Below are positions 1-13,088 of a stretch of DNA of 64,000 nt, in pieces. The DNA is from an uncultured Gammaproteobacteria bacterium (GTDB taxonomy: Bacteria > Pseudomonadota > Gammaproteobacteria > SZUA-140), in NCBI GenBank assembly GCA_964487925.1, contig CAZASZ010000003.1, positions 738-64,737 of the forward strand. The letters run 5' to 3'. Numbering within the stretch: position 1 is the stretch's first letter; the number at the start of each line of letters is the position of its first letter. The notes under the pieces are model-generated. The model ran no database searches. It was not told the origin of the DNA and was given only the letters and a program-made list of their open reading frames with translations. A program made the translations under genes and the position numbers.

Positions 1-1
1 A

Positions 2-400
2 ACGCCCTCAGGCGGAGATTCATGCACCGCGTCTATTCCAAGCACGAATTGCGCCCTGAGCACCTCGGGAGGCACGGCTACCACATTTCATTTCTCCGAC
101 TATGTCGGCCCAGGCTCAACCACTTTGACGGATACTTTTTTTTTGGTGGGCCCTGGCACATTCGATTTTCTGGTCAATGCGCAGGCCTTGTTCGAAAGCT
201 TTGCGTCTTCCAGCGCAATGGTGACACCCGACAACGGTACCTTAAGTTGGACTGGCAACGCGCAAGTAAGCTACACATACGACCCGGCGCAAACCGTCGA
301 CCCGCTGGCACCACCCGTTCCTGAACCGGGTACGCTCCTTCTGCTGACAATGGGAGTGATCGGCGCCGGGTACAGGATGCTGGGATCCAAGGGTCATTAA
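2..400 (+). CDS. PEP-CTERM sorting-domain protein, 5'-truncated by the window edge; the frame stays open back to nt 2
   Basis: C-terminus reads ...PVPEPGTLLLLTMGVIGAGYRMLGSKGH: a PEP motif, a hydrophobic TM stretch and a basic tail, which is the exosortase sorting-signal architecture. No in-frame stop from nt 2 to the first candidate start, TTG at 125. Upstream part is Thr/Ser/Gly-rich as in secreted proteins. Confidence 0.5.
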   Translation, partial: TPSGGDSCTASIPSTNCALSTSGGTATTFHFSDYVGPGSTTLTDTFFLVGPGTFDFLVNAQALFESFASSSAMVTPDNGTLSWTGNAQVSYTYDPAQTVDPLAPPVPEPGTLLLLTMGVIGAGYRMLGSKGH

Positions 401-446
401 CAAAAATAATTTTCGCACGAAATAATAAGGCTTTAGTATCTTGCGA

Positions 447-2279
447 CTACTCCACTGTGACACTCTTGGCGAGATTTCTTGGCTGATCAACATCAGTGCC
501 TTTCAGAATCGCGGCGTGATAGGCTAAGAGTTGCAGGGGGATCGTGTAGACGATTGGGGCGATAATATCGCTGACCTGGGGGACGGAAATAACCTGCACA
601 TCGTCGCTGGAGCCCACATCGGCCTCGGCGTCGGCAAAGACAATAAGTTTGCCGCCACGGGCACGGACCTCATGGAGGTTGGACTTGAGCTTCTCAAGCA
701 GCTCGTTGTTCGGGGCCACGGCGATGACAGGCATCTCGGAATCGACGAGCGCTAGCGGACCATGCTTGAGTTCGCCAGCCGGATAGGCCTCGGCATGGAT
801 GTAGGAGATCTCCTTGAGCTTGAGCGCCCCTTCCATGGCAACTGGATACTGGGAACCCCGACCCAGAAACAGGGCATGGTGCTTATCTGCAAACTGTTCA
901 GAGAGTTTTTTGATGATGCCATTCAATTTCAGGGTACTCTCGATCGCTGCCGGCAACCCTGCCAAGTCCCGAACGATAGCGGCCTCGTCGTCCTCGGTAA
1001 TGCCGTGACGGCGACCGAGAACGACCGCCAGCAACAACAAGGCGACGAGCTGGGTCGTAAAGGCCTTGGTTGAGGCGACACCGATTTCGGGACCGGCGTG
1101 GGTCATCGATACAATATCCGAAGCCCGCACAAGCGAGCTCTCAGGGACATTACAGATGGTCACGGAAAACCCCATGCCAAGGCGTTGAGTCTCTTTGAGC
1201 GCTGCCAGGGTGTCAGCGGTCTCGCCGGACTGGGAGATCGTAACGATCAATGTACCCGGTAGATTTACGGACTTGCGGTAGCGAAACTCGCTGGCAACCT
1301 CGACCGTACAGGGGACACCCGCCAGGCCTTCGAACCAGTAACGGGCCGTGAGCCCCGCGTGGTAACTCGTACCACAGGCGATGATGACTACGCGCTCGAC
1401 CTTATCGAAGATATCGGACACCCTGTAGCCGAAGGCCGACTCCAGTATCCGGCCATTGTGGATGCGTCCTTCTAGCGTTTCGGCTATCGCGCTGGGCTGT
1501 TCAAAGATCTCCTTGAGCATGTAGTGGCGATATCCGCCCCGATCGGTGACGTCGCCCGCGAGGACGCTGGTCTGTATGGGCCGCTCGACAAGACTCGCTT
1601 CGCTATCGAAGATCCGAATCCCCGCACGCGTGAGTTCGGCCGTATCACCATCCTCGAGGAAAATGAATTGCTGCGTAACGGGGATCAGCGCCATGACATC
1701 AGAGGCGATGAAATATTCGCCGACGCCTACACCAATTAGCAGCGGACTACCCCGGCGGGCCGCTACCATACAGTCCAGCTCACCCTTACAGATCACGCCC
1801 AGGGCGTAGGCGCCGTCAAGCGCTGCGACCGCCTGCTGAACGGCCCCCAGAAGCCCGGCGCCCTGTTCACAGAAATCCTCTACGAGATGGGCAACGACCT
1901 CGCTGTCGGTCTCGGACGTAAATTCGTAGCCTTGCGCTACCAGCCCTTGGCGCAGCGTCTCGTGGTTCTCGATGATACCGTTATGGACGACAGCGACACT
2001 GTTCCGACTGATATGCGGATGGGCATTGCCTTCGGTGGGCTCACCGTGGGTCGCCCATCGGGTATGAGCGATGCCGATATGACCTTCAAGCGGCGCATCA
2101 TCGATGCAAGCAGCCAGGCTGACGATCTTGCCAGCCGCTCGCCGCCGCTCCAGTTCTCCGGCCCTGGAAATGACCGACACACCGGCGGAGTCATACCCTC
2201 GATACTCGAGCCTGCGCAGACCTTCGACCAGGATCGGCACCACATCACGTTGAGCGATCGCACCTACAATGCCGCACAT
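447..2279 (-). CDS. glmS: glutamine--fructose-6-phosphate aminotransferase
   Basis: 610 aa. N-terminal MCGIVG (Ntn amidotransferase Cys1) and two SIS domains; conserved C-terminus ...PRNLAKSVTVE. Strong full-length similarity to GlmS. Confidence 0.97.
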   Translation of the reverse strand: MCGIVGAIAQRDVVPILVEGLRRLEYRGYDSAGVSVISRAGELERRRAAGKIVSLAACIDDAPLEGHIGIAHTRWATHGEPTEGNAHPHISRNSVAVVHNGIIENHETLRQGLVAQGYEFTSETDSEVVAHLVEDFCEQGAGLLGAVQQAVAALDGAYALGVICKGELDCMVAARRGSPLLIGVGVGEYFIASDVMALIPVTQQFIFLEDGDTAELTRAGIRIFDSEASLVERPIQTSVLAGDVTDRGGYRHYMLKEIFEQPSAIAETLEGRIHNGRILESAFGYRVSDIFDKVERVVIIACGTSYHAGLTARYWFEGLAGVPCTVEVASEFRYRKSVNLPGTLIVTISQSGETADTLAALKETQRLGMGFSVTICNVPESSLVRASDIVSMTHAGPEIGVASTKAFTTQLVALLLLAVVLGRRHGITEDDEAAIVRDLAGLPAAIESTLKLNGIIKKLSEQFADKHHALFLGRGSQYPVAMEGALKLKEISYIHAEAYPAGELKHGPLALVDSEMPVIAVAPNNELLEKLKSNLHEVRARGGKLIVFADAEADVGSSDDVQVISVPQVSDIIAPIVYTIPLQLLAYHAAILKGTDVDQPRNLAKSVTVE

Positions 2280-2315
2280 GTTATTGACTCCAATTCAAAA
2301 AGTTAGGCGATATCT

Positions 2316-3683
2316 TCATTGCTTCTTTTTTCTAGGACGCTGCCACCCTGATCGAGTCTTCTGAGGCACACGACTCAGAGTTAACTCATACTCAGGAGCG
2401 TCCCGGGTGATCGTCGAACCAGCGCCAATGGTTGAACCGTCGCCAAGCTTTACGGGCGCAACGAGCTGGGTATCTGAACCGATGAAAACATCGTTGCCGA
2501 TCGTCGTCCGAAACTTATTAGCGCCATCATAGTTGCAGGTGATCGTACCAGCACCAACGTTGACTTTGCTCCCCATATCCGTATCGCCGATATAGCTCAG
2601 GTGATTTACCTTGGAGCCCAGACCTATATTAGATTTCTTTATCTCGACGAAATTGCCGACGTGGACTTCTGCCGCAAGCCGGGTCTCCGGTCGGATACGC
2701 GCATAGGGACCCAAGCGGGCCGAGCGCCCAATCTCTGCATCCTCTATGACCGTATGCGACTGAATGATGACGTCGTCCTCGATCACGGCATTACGGATAC
2801 GACAAAAGGGGCCGATGCGACAACCTCGTCCGATGCGTACCTTGCCCTCCAGGATTACGTCGACATCTATCTCGCAGTCCTCGCCAATCGAAACATCGCC
2901 ACGAATATCGAGGCGGGCCGGATCACGCAAGGTGACGCCGGAGGTCATAAGGCTGCCGGCCATACGCTGTTGATAGAAACGCTCAATCTGGGACAGTTGA
3001 ATACGGTCGTTGACGCCCATGACCTCCATAGACTCATCGACGATGACCGGGTTCACTTGAGTTCCATCGGAGACCGCCATGGCGATGATATCGGTCAGGT
3101 AGTATTCCTTCTGATCGTTGTTATTGCTCAGTGCGTCGAGCCAGCCCGACAAATTACGATGGGGCAAGATCATGATCCCCGAGTTAATTTCATTGATAGC
3201 TCGTTGTGCAGGTGAGGCATCACGGTGTTCGACGATCGCCGTAACGTTATCCGATTCGTCACGCAGGATACGGCCATAACCATCGGGGACATCGAGCAAG
3301 GCGGTCAACATCGCGACCGATTGATGTTCTCCCTTTTCAAGCAGGCGACAAATGGTTTCCGTCGTTAACAGCGGCACGTCGCCGTAGAGCACCAGAACCC
3401 TGTCCGGGTTATCTAGGTGAGGGAGCGCCTGCTGCACGGCATGCCCAGTACCCAGGCGTTCTCGCTGCTCGACCCAATTGACCGAAAGCTGCGACAAGCG
3501 CTCTCTGACGACATCTCCGCCGTGGCCAAAAACGACATGAATCCGCTTGGGTGAAAAAGTTTCCGCAGTATGGACGACGTGTTCCAGCAGGCTCCGTCCA
3601 CCGATCTCGTGAAGGACCTTGGGAAGACTCGACCGCATCCGCTTTCCCGCGCCCGCAGCAAGTATCACAACCTCAAGAGACAT
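2316..3683 (-). CDS. glmU: bifunctional UDP-N-acetylglucosamine pyrophosphorylase / glucosamine-1-phosphate N-acetyltransferase
   Basis: [25 protein letters not shown] matches the GlmU N-terminus; C-terminal left-handed beta-helix hexapeptide repeats. Start taken at the internal ATG (MSLEVV), which has GGAGGAG 7 nt upstream. Lies downstream of atpC as in E. coli. Confidence 0.93.
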   Translation of the reverse strand: MSLEVVILAAGAGKRMRSSLPKVLHEIGGRSLLEHVVHTAETFSPKRIHVVFGHGGDVVRERLSQLSVNWVEQRERLGTGHAVQQALPHLDNPDRVLVLYGDVPLLTTETICRLLEKGEHQSVAMLTALLDVPDGYGRILRDESDNVTAIVEHRDASPAQRAINEINSGIMILPHRNLSGWLDALSNNNDQKEYYLTDIIAMAVSDGTQVNPVIVDESMEVMGVNDRIQLSQIERFYQQRMAGSLMTSGVTLRDPARLDIRGDVSIGEDCEIDVDVILEGKVRIGRGCRIGPFCRIRNAVIEDDVIIQSHTVIEDAEIGRSARLGPYARIRPETRLAAEVHVGNFVEIKKSNIGLGSKVNHLSYIGDTDMGSKVNVGAGTITCNYDGANKFRTTIGNDVFIGSDTQLVAPVKLGDGSTIGAGSTITRDAPEYELTLSRVPQKTRSGWQRPRKKKQ

Positions 3684-3696
3684 CAATCCACTCCTC

Positions 3697-3730
3697 CATA
3701 AAACAATCAAGGCCGCTAAAAGCGGCCTTG
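3697..3730 (-). terminator. intrinsic terminator after atpC (end of the atp operon)
   Basis: Hairpin AAGGCCGCT-AAAA-AGCGGCCTT at 3710-3730, followed on the minus strand by a U-rich tract (GAUUGUUUUAUGG). Confidence 0.6.
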
Positions 3731-3766
3731 ATCATACATTCACGAATTGGAACACGCCGACTATTG

Positions 3767-4195
3767 TTAGTGCTGAGCGTTTTCCCGTATACGCTTGATA
3801 GCCTTGAGCTGAGCAACGGCCTCAGCGAGTTCAGACTCCGCAAGCGCGAAATCAAACTCAGAGCTCTTATCCTTGAGCTTCTCTTCGGCACGCTCCTTGG
3901 CGGCCACAGCCGCAGCCTCATCAAGGTCCTTAGCGCGTATCGCAGTGTCGGCCAAGACCGTCACCACATGCGGTTGAACTTCGAGCAGGCCCCCGGAGAT
4001 ATAGTAAAACTCCTGACCGGCATCACCCGTTTTATCGACCCTGACCTCGCCAGGCTTGAGACGCGTCAGAAGCGGCGCGTGACGTGGCAGAATACCGAGT
4101 TCACCCATGGTGCCCGGTACCACGATCATTTCCACCGTGCCCGAAAAGATCTCTTTTTCAGCGCTGACGATATCCACATGCATTGTCATGCCCAT
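3767..4195 (-). CDS. atpC: F1 ATP synthase epsilon subunit
   Basis: [19 protein letters not shown]... aligns with E. coli AtpC MAMTYHLDVVSAEQQMFSG; operon position. Confidence 0.93.
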   Translation of the reverse strand: MGMTMHVDIVSAEKEIFSGTVEMIVVPGTMGELGILPRHAPLLTRLKPGEVRVDKTGDAGQEFYYISGGLLEVQPHVVTVLADTAIRAKDLDEAAAVAAKERAEEKLKDKSSEFDFALAESELAEAVAQLKAIKRIRENAQH

Positions 4196-4216
4196 TCGAC
4201 TAACTCCGGAAAGATC

Positions 4217-5608
<1,392 letters not shown>

Positions 5609-5675
5609 TTAATCTAAAATTCTTTAGTATCCAAGCAAACGCATCACGGTGCGGTATGCCCTGTTGACCTCATTA

Positions 5676-6536
5676 TCAAACGGCTGCCGCGCCACCCACG
5701 ATCTCGGAAATCTCCTGGGTAATCGCTGCCTGACGGGCCTTGTTGTAGACCAGTTGCAACTCCCCGATCATGTCCCCGGCGTTGTCCGAGGCAGCCTTCA
5801 TGGCGACCATCCGGGCGGCCTGCTCGCAGGCGGCATTCTCAACAACGCCCTGATATACAAGCGACTCGATATAACGCACCAGCAGCTCATCGATGACCTC
5901 TTTAGCCTCAGGCTCATAGAGATAGTCCCATTGATGATTGAGCTCATCGTCCTCAGCGGGAGGAATGGGTAACAACTGAATCACCGACGGACTCTGGGTC
6001 ATGGTATTCACAAACCCGTTGTAGCAAAGATAAAGCCGGTCGATCTCACCAGCGTCGAAGGCATCCAGCATGACCTTGATCGCACCAGTCAAGTCCTCCA
6101 GCCTCGGGGCATCCCCCATATGCGAGACATGGGCCTTGACGGCGCCGCCAAGCCGGGCGAAGAAGCCGTAGGCCTTACTCCCTACCGTGGACAGATCGAC
6201 ATCGACACCGGAATCTTTCTGGCGCTTCATTTCACCGACGATCTTACGGAACAGGTTGCTGTTCAAACCACCGCAAAGACCGCGATCGGACGAAATGATG
6301 ATATAACCGGCCCGCTTTTCCTCTCGATCATCAAGGTAAGTGTGGCGGTATTCGGGATGCGCCATGGCCAGGTGGCTAACCACCTGGCGCATCTTGACCG
6401 CATAAGGCCGGGTGCCGTTCATCCGGTCCTGCGCCTTGCGCATCTTGCTCGCCGCGACCATTTCCATGGCCCGCGTGATCTTCTGGGTGTTCTTGATACT
6501 ATTGATCTGAACACGTATCTCTTTGCCTACAGCCAT
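5676..6536 (-). CDS. atpG: F1 ATP synthase gamma subunit
   Basis: 286 aa. [36 protein letters not shown] is the typical AtpG N-terminus. Confidence 0.96.
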   Translation of the reverse strand: MAVGKEIRVQINSIKNTQKITRAMEMVAASKMRKAQDRMNGTRPYAVKMRQVVSHLAMAHPEYRHTYLDDREEKRAGYIIISSDRGLCGGLNSNLFRKIVGEMKRQKDSGVDVDLSTVGSKAYGFFARLGGAVKAHVSHMGDAPRLEDLTGAIKVMLDAFDAGEIDRLYLCYNGFVNTMTQSPSVIQLLPIPPAEDDELNHQWDYLYEPEAKEVIDELLVRYIESLVYQGVVENAACEQAARMVAMKAASDNAGDMIGELQLVYNKARQAAITQEISEIVGGAAAV

Positions 6537-6551
6537 GGCTGACTCCCTCTA

Positions 6552-8093
6552 CTACCAGACGCTGTTCGACTTGAAGGCCTCAATCGCGGACTTCATGCCA
6601 GAGGTGATTTCTTCGTTCAGGTCACCGGTCGAGTTGATCTTGTCCATCAAGGCCTTGTGCTGGCTGTTCATATTGCTATGCAGCGCGTCCTCGAAGTCAC
6701 CAATCTTGTTGAGTTCAACGTCATCCAGATAGCCGCTGTTGGCGGCGAACAGAGAAACGGCCTGCTCGGCGATGCTGAGCGGCTGATACTGTTTCTGCTT
6801 CATGAGTTCGGTCACGCGCTGACCACGCTCAAGCTGCTTCCGAGTGGCCTCATCAAGGTCGGAGGCGAACTGGGCGAAGGCCGCCAGCTCACGATACTGG
6901 GCCAAATCCAAACGCACACCGCCACCGAATTTCTTGACGATCTTGGTCTGGGCGGCGCCACCGACTCGGGACACTGACAGACCGGCATTGATGGCCGGGC
7001 GGATGCCGGAGTTGAAAAGATCGGTCTCAAGGAAGATCTGACCGTCGGTGATCGAGATCACGTTGGTCGGAACGAATGCGGACACGTCACCGGCCTGTGT
7101 CTCGATGATCGGCAGCGCCGTCAGCGATCCGGACTTGCCTTTGACTTCGCCGTTGGTGAATTTCTCGACGTAGTCCGCATTAACCCGAGATGCACGTTCA
7201 AGCAGACGTGAATGCAGATAGAAGACGTCACCAGGATAGGCCTCGCGACCCGGCGGACGACGCAACAGCAGGGACACCTGACGATAGGCCCAGGCCTGCT
7301 TGGTCAGATCATCGTATACGATCAGGGCGTCTTCACCGCGATCGCGGAAGTACTCGCCCATGGTGCAGCCCGCGTAGGGAGCGATAAACTGCATGGAGGC
7401 CGGCATCGAGGCACTGGCGGCGACGATGATGGTGTGATCCATCGCACCGTGTTCTTCGAGCTTGCGCACGACGGCAGCGATGGAAGAGGCCTTCTGGCCG
7501 ACGGCGACGTAGATACACTTAACGCCGGTACCCTTCTGATTGATGATGGCATCAATGGCGACGGCCGTCTTACCTGTCTGGCGGTCACCGATGATAAGCT
7601 CACGCTGGCCACGACCGATAGGCACCATGGCGTCGATGGCCTTGATACCGGTCTGGACCGGCTGGTCAACCGACTGCCTTTCGATAACGCCCGGCGCGAT
7701 TCTCTCGATAGGAGAGCTCAGTTTGGCCTCGTTCGGCCCCTTGCCGTCGATGGCGTTGCCGAGTGAGTCGACGACACGGCCCAGCAACTCGGGGCCAATC
7801 GGGACCTCAAGGATACGTCCCGTACAGCGAACTGTGTCGCCCTCGGAGATCTTCTCGTAAGGACCCAGAACCACGGCGCCCACGGAATCACGTTCCAGGT
7901 TCAGGGCCATGCCATAGGTGTCGCCAGGAAACTCGAGCATCTCGCCCTGCATGACGTCGGCCAGGCCGTGGATACGCACGATACCGTCGGTCACACTGAC
8001 AACCGTGCCTTCCGTACGCGCCTCGCTGACCTTCTCGAACCCTTCGATCCGTTGGCGGATCAGGTCGCTGATTTCTGCTGCGTTCAACTGCAT
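6552..8093 (-). CDS. atpA: F1 ATP synthase alpha subunit
   Basis: [19 protein letters not shown] matches E. coli AtpA MQLNSTEISELIKQRIAQF. Walker A GDRQTGKT. Start placed at MQLN (the ORF track begins 5 codons earlier). Confidence 0.96.
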   Translation of the reverse strand: MQLNAAEISDLIRQRIEGFEKVSEARTEGTVVSVTDGIVRIHGLADVMQGEMLEFPGDTYGMALNLERDSVGAVVLGPYEKISEGDTVRCTGRILEVPIGPELLGRVVDSLGNAIDGKGPNEAKLSSPIERIAPGVIERQSVDQPVQTGIKAIDAMVPIGRGQRELIIGDRQTGKTAVAIDAIINQKGTGVKCIYVAVGQKASSIAAVVRKLEEHGAMDHTIIVAASASMPASMQFIAPYAGCTMGEYFRDRGEDALIVYDDLTKQAWAYRQVSLLLRRPPGREAYPGDVFYLHSRLLERASRVNADYVEKFTNGEVKGKSGSLTALPIIETQAGDVSAFVPTNVISITDGQIFLETDLFNSGIRPAINAGLSVSRVGGAAQTKIVKKFGGGVRLDLAQYRELAAFAQFASDLDEATRKQLERGQRVTELMKQKQYQPLSIAEQAVSLFAANSGYLDDVELNKIGDFEDALHSNMNSQHKALMDKINSTGDLNEEITSGMKSAIEAFKSNSVW

Positions 8094-8117
8094 TGCACTT
8101 CCCCTCAAATGTTAAAT

Positions 8118-8654
8118 CTAGCGGGACAACGTACTGCCAAGCCTTTGCATCTGCTTGACCACGCTTCCATCAATAACCAAATCACCGGCGCGAATGACGG
8201 CGCCGCCAACCAATGTCTTGTCGGTCGATGCGACGAGCTTGACCTCTCTGCCCAAACGTTTCTTCATGGCCGCGGCAATGCCTTCCTTCTGCTTGGCATT
8301 CAGAGCAAAAGCGGAGACGACATCAACCTGGATGGTCTTTTCGGACTCGGCGCGGTAGATCTCGTAGAGCTGAGCGATTTCCGGCAACACGGAGACGCGG
8401 CCATTTTCGATCAAGAGAGCGAGCAAGGACTTGGCCTCGTCATCTGCAAGTTCGCCGCAGATATTGCTGATCATGTCCTTGAGCTTACCCTTATCGGTAC
8501 CTGGGTCCCCTGCCAGCGCCTTAACGCCGTCGTCACTTGCAATCACGGCAAGCACAGCGAGCGCGTCAGACCACTTCGCCAGCTCCTTCTTACTCTCCGC
8601 CAGTGAAAAGATGGCCTGAGCATAGGGCCTGGCGATCGTATTCAACTCTGCCAT
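8118..8654 (-). CDS. atpH: F1 ATP synthase delta subunit (OSCP)
   Basis: 178 aa. MAELNTIARPYAQAIF... is the typical AtpH N-terminus; operon position. Confidence 0.92.
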   Translation of the reverse strand: MAELNTIARPYAQAIFSLAESKKELAKWSDALAVLAVIASDDGVKALAGDPGTDKGKLKDMISNICGELADDEAKSLLALLIENGRVSVLPEIAQLYEIYRAESEKTIQVDVVSAFALNAKQKEGIAAAMKKRLGREVKLVASTDKTLVGGAVIRAGDLVIDGSVVKQMQRLGSTLSR

Positions 8655-8670
8655 TTCTTATGCCTCTTGT

Positions 8671-9141
8671 TCAGATCTGCGAAACCAGATCCTTGAGGAC
8701 CTGATCGTGGGCTTGGCGATCGACCTCGCGACCCAAGATCTTCTCGGCGCCGGAGATCGCGATATCCGCCACTTGGGCTCGCAGATCCTCTTTGGCGCGA
8801 TTGAACTCCTGCGTCACCTCGGCACGGGCTGCAGTCAACAGTCGCTCGCCCTCGACCTGGGCATTCGCTTTGGCCTCATCGACGATTTCACTGGCGCGTT
8901 TTTCGGACTGCGCAATGATCTCTGCCGCCTTGCCTTTGGCCTCATGCAAAAACTCCTTAGCCTTCTTTTCAGAAAGTTCAAGGTCATGCTTACCCTTGTC
9001 AGCTGCAGCCAGGCCATCGGCAATACGTTTCTGGCGGTCCGCAAGCAGTGCGTTCAGCGGCCCCCAAAGAACTTTATTGACAAACCAGATCAGCAGGACG
9101 AAGGCCGCCATTTGCGCGATCAGCGTCACGGTAATATTCAT
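8671..9141 (-). CDS. atpF: Fo ATP synthase subunit b
   Basis: 156 aa. N-terminal TM helix followed by a long charged coiled-coil (AADKGKHDLELSEKKAKE...); operon position. Confidence 0.9.
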   Translation of the reverse strand: MNITVTLIAQMAAFVLLIWFVNKVLWGPLNALLADRQKRIADGLAAADKGKHDLELSEKKAKEFLHEAKGKAAEIIAQSEKRASEIVDEAKANAQVEGERLLTAARAEVTQEFNRAKEDLRAQVADIAISGAEKILGREVDRQAHDQVLKDLVSQI

Positions 9142-9192
9142 CTTACTCTACCCCTCATATAACTGGATGCGATCAGGTCGCGGGAACCCGGA

Positions 9193-9492
<300 letters not shown>

Positions 9493-9499
9493 CTATTCA

Positions 9500-9535
9500 A
9501 CTAAAGTTCAAAGTTCTTAAAGTGACTAAAGTATA
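9500..9535 (-). repeat. four tandem ACUUU(R) motifs in the atpB-atpE intergenic leader
   Basis: The plus strand shows AAAGT at 9503, 9510, 9519 and 9528 (7-9 nt spacing). On the mRNA strand this is a U-rich tract just upstream of the atpE RBS GGAGAG, reminiscent of the U-rich translational enhancer upstream of E. coli atpE. Confidence 0.4.
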
Positions 9536-9599
9536 AATCTCAAATCAAACAACAAATTAGCGCGGAATCGTTTTAGCGCCCCAGCGTTCTTTACAATGT

Positions 9600-10592
<993 letters not shown>

Positions 10593-10692
10593 TTAATTCT
10601 TACATGAGGACTCAACGCCCCAAAACACTTGGGCAACCCAACAGCTACTGAATTCGTATAGCCTCGGAAACCACCAGCTCACCAATATCTCA

Positions 10693-11076
10693 TCAGGCAG
10701 CGCGCCCTCGTTGCCCGCCCCTGGCCAGAAACGGGAATGCAAGTTGCGCAATCACGAATCCCACGAGTACCGCCAGCGGGTCCAGCCTAAGAATCCCCAT
10801 CCCCACGGCCAACCCAACTAGCACCAGCACGAAACGCGCCACAGCGCCGCCGTACAGGTACCAAGCGCCTGACGCAGTGTTATCCGCCATGCGGGCAACC
10901 CCGCCGCCAAGCAAATACGCTGAAACGATGCAGATCCCGGATCCATAAAGTGCAGACCAAGCCTGCCACTGCCCGGAATAGAAGAAGAAAAAACCAGCGC
11001 ACACCAGGCCAACGCTAAGCTGAATAAACAACAGCCGTTGCCTTTGTGACGTGACGCTGCGAGCCGCAACTCCCAC
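10693..11076 (-). CDS. atpI: ATP synthase protein I
   Basis: 127-aa hydrophobic four-helix protein directly upstream of atpB, the classic atpI position and size. Confidence 0.7.
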   Translation of the reverse strand: MGVAARSVTSQRQRLLFIQLSVGLVCAGFFFFYSGQWQAWSALYGSGICIVSAYLLGGGVARMADNTASGAWYLYGGAVARFVLVLVGLAVGMGILRLDPLAVLVGFVIAQLAFPFLARGGQRGRAA

Positions 11077-11077
11077 G

Positions 11078-11278
11078 TTAACTAGCTCTGCTCAACAACC
11101 GGTACACCTTCAAAAAACCGCCTATCATTCCGAGGCAGCCGAATATTAGCATAAAGAACGGGCGCGTATCCAGCCATTCATCGGTCAAATATCCGAGCAA
11201 GAAGCCGGAGATCACCATTGAGGTCAGCATGGAGCCGACGCCGACAAGGACCAAGCCCTCTGCACGCAATTTAGTCAA
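11078..11278 (-). CDS. AtpZ/Atp1-family small membrane protein (ATP synthase-associated)
   Basis: 66 aa, two TM helices. ...GFLLGYLTDEWLDTRPFFMLIFGCLGMIGGF resembles the AtpZ family signature (lGywLDkwlgTsPw...G). Sits immediately upstream of atpI, 1 nt away. Confidence 0.55.
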   Translation of the reverse strand: MTKLRAEGLVLVGVGSMLTSMVISGFLLGYLTDEWLDTRPFFMLIFGCLGMIGGFLKVYRLLSRAS

Positions 11279-11325
11279 GGTGGCACCCTGTCGGAATAAC
11301 CGCAGGAAACAGGTCCATTCCGCGG

Positions 11326-12219
11326 TTATTGAATCCGCCCGAGGATGCCCTCGAGCTGATCGAGATCGTTATACTCAATAATCAGGCGGCCCTTTCCAGA
11401 CGCCTGATGCTGAAAGCGAACACCCGCCCCCAAGCGCTGAGTAAGGTCGTCTTGGAGTTGCAAGATATCGGTATCCGTCTCCTTGTGAACCTTGGGCGAG
11501 CCACCGAGGCCGATCTGCTCTGCCGCCGCCTTTTCCCTGCGCACGAGCTGCTCGGCCTCACGCACCGAAAAACCGCGACTGACGATCTTGCGCGCGATCG
11601 CGGGCTGTGCATCGAGGTCAAGTGCAAGCAGCGCGCGGGCGTGGCCCATCTCCAGTTGACGATGGGAAAGCATTTCGCGGACATCGGCGTGCAGTTCACC
11701 AAGCCTGAGTAGATTGGTCACTGCTGCGCGCGACCGGCCGACGGCCTCGGCGGTCTGCTGATGGGTCAGACCGAATTCATCTATGAGCCGGCGCAGAGCC
11801 CGCGACTCCTCCATGGGATTGAGGTTCTCGCGTTGGATGTTCTCAATCAGCGCCATGGCCAACGCGACCTGATCGGTCACGTCACGTATTACGACAGGAA
11901 CCTCATGCAGCCCTGCCATTTGAGCCGCCCGCCAACGCCGTTCGCCAGCGATGATCTCATAGCGCTGATCGTCGAGCGCACGCACCACGATCGGCTGCAC
12001 GACGCCCTGAGCGCGAATCGAAGCGGCCAGGTCCTCAAGGGCCGACGGCTCGATCTCGTCGCGCGGCTGATAACGGCCACGCTGCATCAAATCGACCGGA
12101 AGCGTCGTCAGGCGGTCGGCGGGACCACGCTGTGCGGAGCCGGACCCTTGCCCCTGGTCGCCACTCGCTGCCAACAGGGCATCCAGACCACGTCCCAAAC
12201 CCCTCTTTTTTACCGCCAT
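11326..12219 (-). CDS. parB: chromosome partitioning protein ParB
   Basis: MAVKKRGLGRGLDALL N-terminus; ParB box GERRWRAA; HTH region. Confidence 0.95.
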   Translation of the reverse strand: MAVKKRGLGRGLDALLAASGDQGQGSGSAQRGPADRLTTLPVDLMQRGRYQPRDEIEPSALEDLAASIRAQGVVQPIVVRALDDQRYEIIAGERRWRAAQMAGLHEVPVVIRDVTDQVALAMALIENIQRENLNPMEESRALRRLIDEFGLTHQQTAEAVGRSRAAVTNLLRLGELHADVREMLSHRQLEMGHARALLALDLDAQPAIARKIVSRGFSVREAEQLVRREKAAAEQIGLGGSPKVHKETDTDILQLQDDLTQRLGAGVRFQHQASGKGRLIIEYNDLDQLEGILGRIQ

Positions 12220-12278
12220 GCTTTCATCCTGCCTTCATAGTGTTGGGGAATCTCTGACCGATCTCGATTTCTCTCGAA

Positions 12279-13079
12279 TTAATCAGCGACACCTAAATTC
12301 ACAACCGCCGGCTCGATCTCGCGGCGACGACGCAACATCTCACCAGCCAACGCGAGATAGGCCTGCGCGCCCAGCGAGGATTTATCATAATGCAATACGG
12401 GCAGCCCATGGCTGGGCGCCTCGGCCAGCCGAACATTGCGCGGGACTACTGTATTGAACACCTGTTTGTCGAAATGCGACAACAACTGTCCGGCAACCTC
12501 GTTGGCCAAACGATTGCGGCCATCGTACATGGTTCTGAGCAAGCCTTCGATCCTCAGCTCAGGATTGACGGAGCCCCTTATCTGTTCGATCGTTTCGAGC
12601 AACGCCGACAAACCCTCCAATGCATAGTACTCGCACTGCATCGGGATGATGACGCCGTCCGCCGCAGTCAAGGCATTGATCGTCAGCATATTCAACGACG
12701 GTGGACAGTCGATGAAGATAAATTCGTACTGTGACGCCACTTCGGCAAGGATATGGCCCAGAGCCCGCTGACCTTCGCCGCGCCGCATGAGTTGCACCTC
12801 GGCGGCTGTGAGGTCCCCATTGGCAGGTAACAGGTCAAAGCCACCTTCGACATGGACCAGGGCCTCGGCAAGATTGGCCTCTCCGAGCAGCACCTCGCAG
12901 CTGCCGGCATCCAAATGCCGTTTGTTGACGCCGCATCCCATGGTCGCGTTGCCTTGTGGATCCATGTCGACGAGCAGAACCCGCCGTTTCATGGCTGCGA
13001 GCGAAGCCGCAAGGTTGACGCAGGTCGTCGTCTTGCCGACGCCGCCCTTCTGGTTCGTGATTGCGATGATCTCAGCCAT
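12279..13079 (-). CDS. parA: chromosome partitioning ATPase ParA/Soj
   Basis: MAEIIAITNQKGGVGKTTT deviant Walker A; 266 aa. Confidence 0.95.
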   Translation of the reverse strand: MAEIIAITNQKGGVGKTTTCVNLAASLAAMKRRVLLVDMDPQGNATMGCGVNKRHLDAGSCEVLLGEANLAEALVHVEGGFDLLPANGDLTAAEVQLMRRGEGQRALGHILAEVASQYEFIFIDCPPSLNMLTINALTAADGVIIPMQCEYYALEGLSALLETIEQIRGSVNPELRIEGLLRTMYDGRNRLANEVAGQLLSHFDKQVFNTVVPRNVRLAEAPSHGLPVLHYDKSSLGAQAYLALAGEMLRRRREIEPAVVNLGVAD

Positions 13080-13088
13080 GTGTTCTCT

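Noticed and set aside
22-324. 100-aa plus-strand ORF at the 5' edge (MHRVYSKHELRPEHLGRHGY...)
   Set aside because: Arg/His-rich and non-protein-like. It overlaps the better-supported PEP-CTERM frame in a different phase.
7212-7766. 184-aa plus-strand ORF inside atpA, and similar long antisense ORFs in gspE, cyaA, htpG and the glc genes
   Set aside because: All are antisense to well-supported conserved genes and have biased, low-complexity composition. This is expected in roughly 60% GC DNA.
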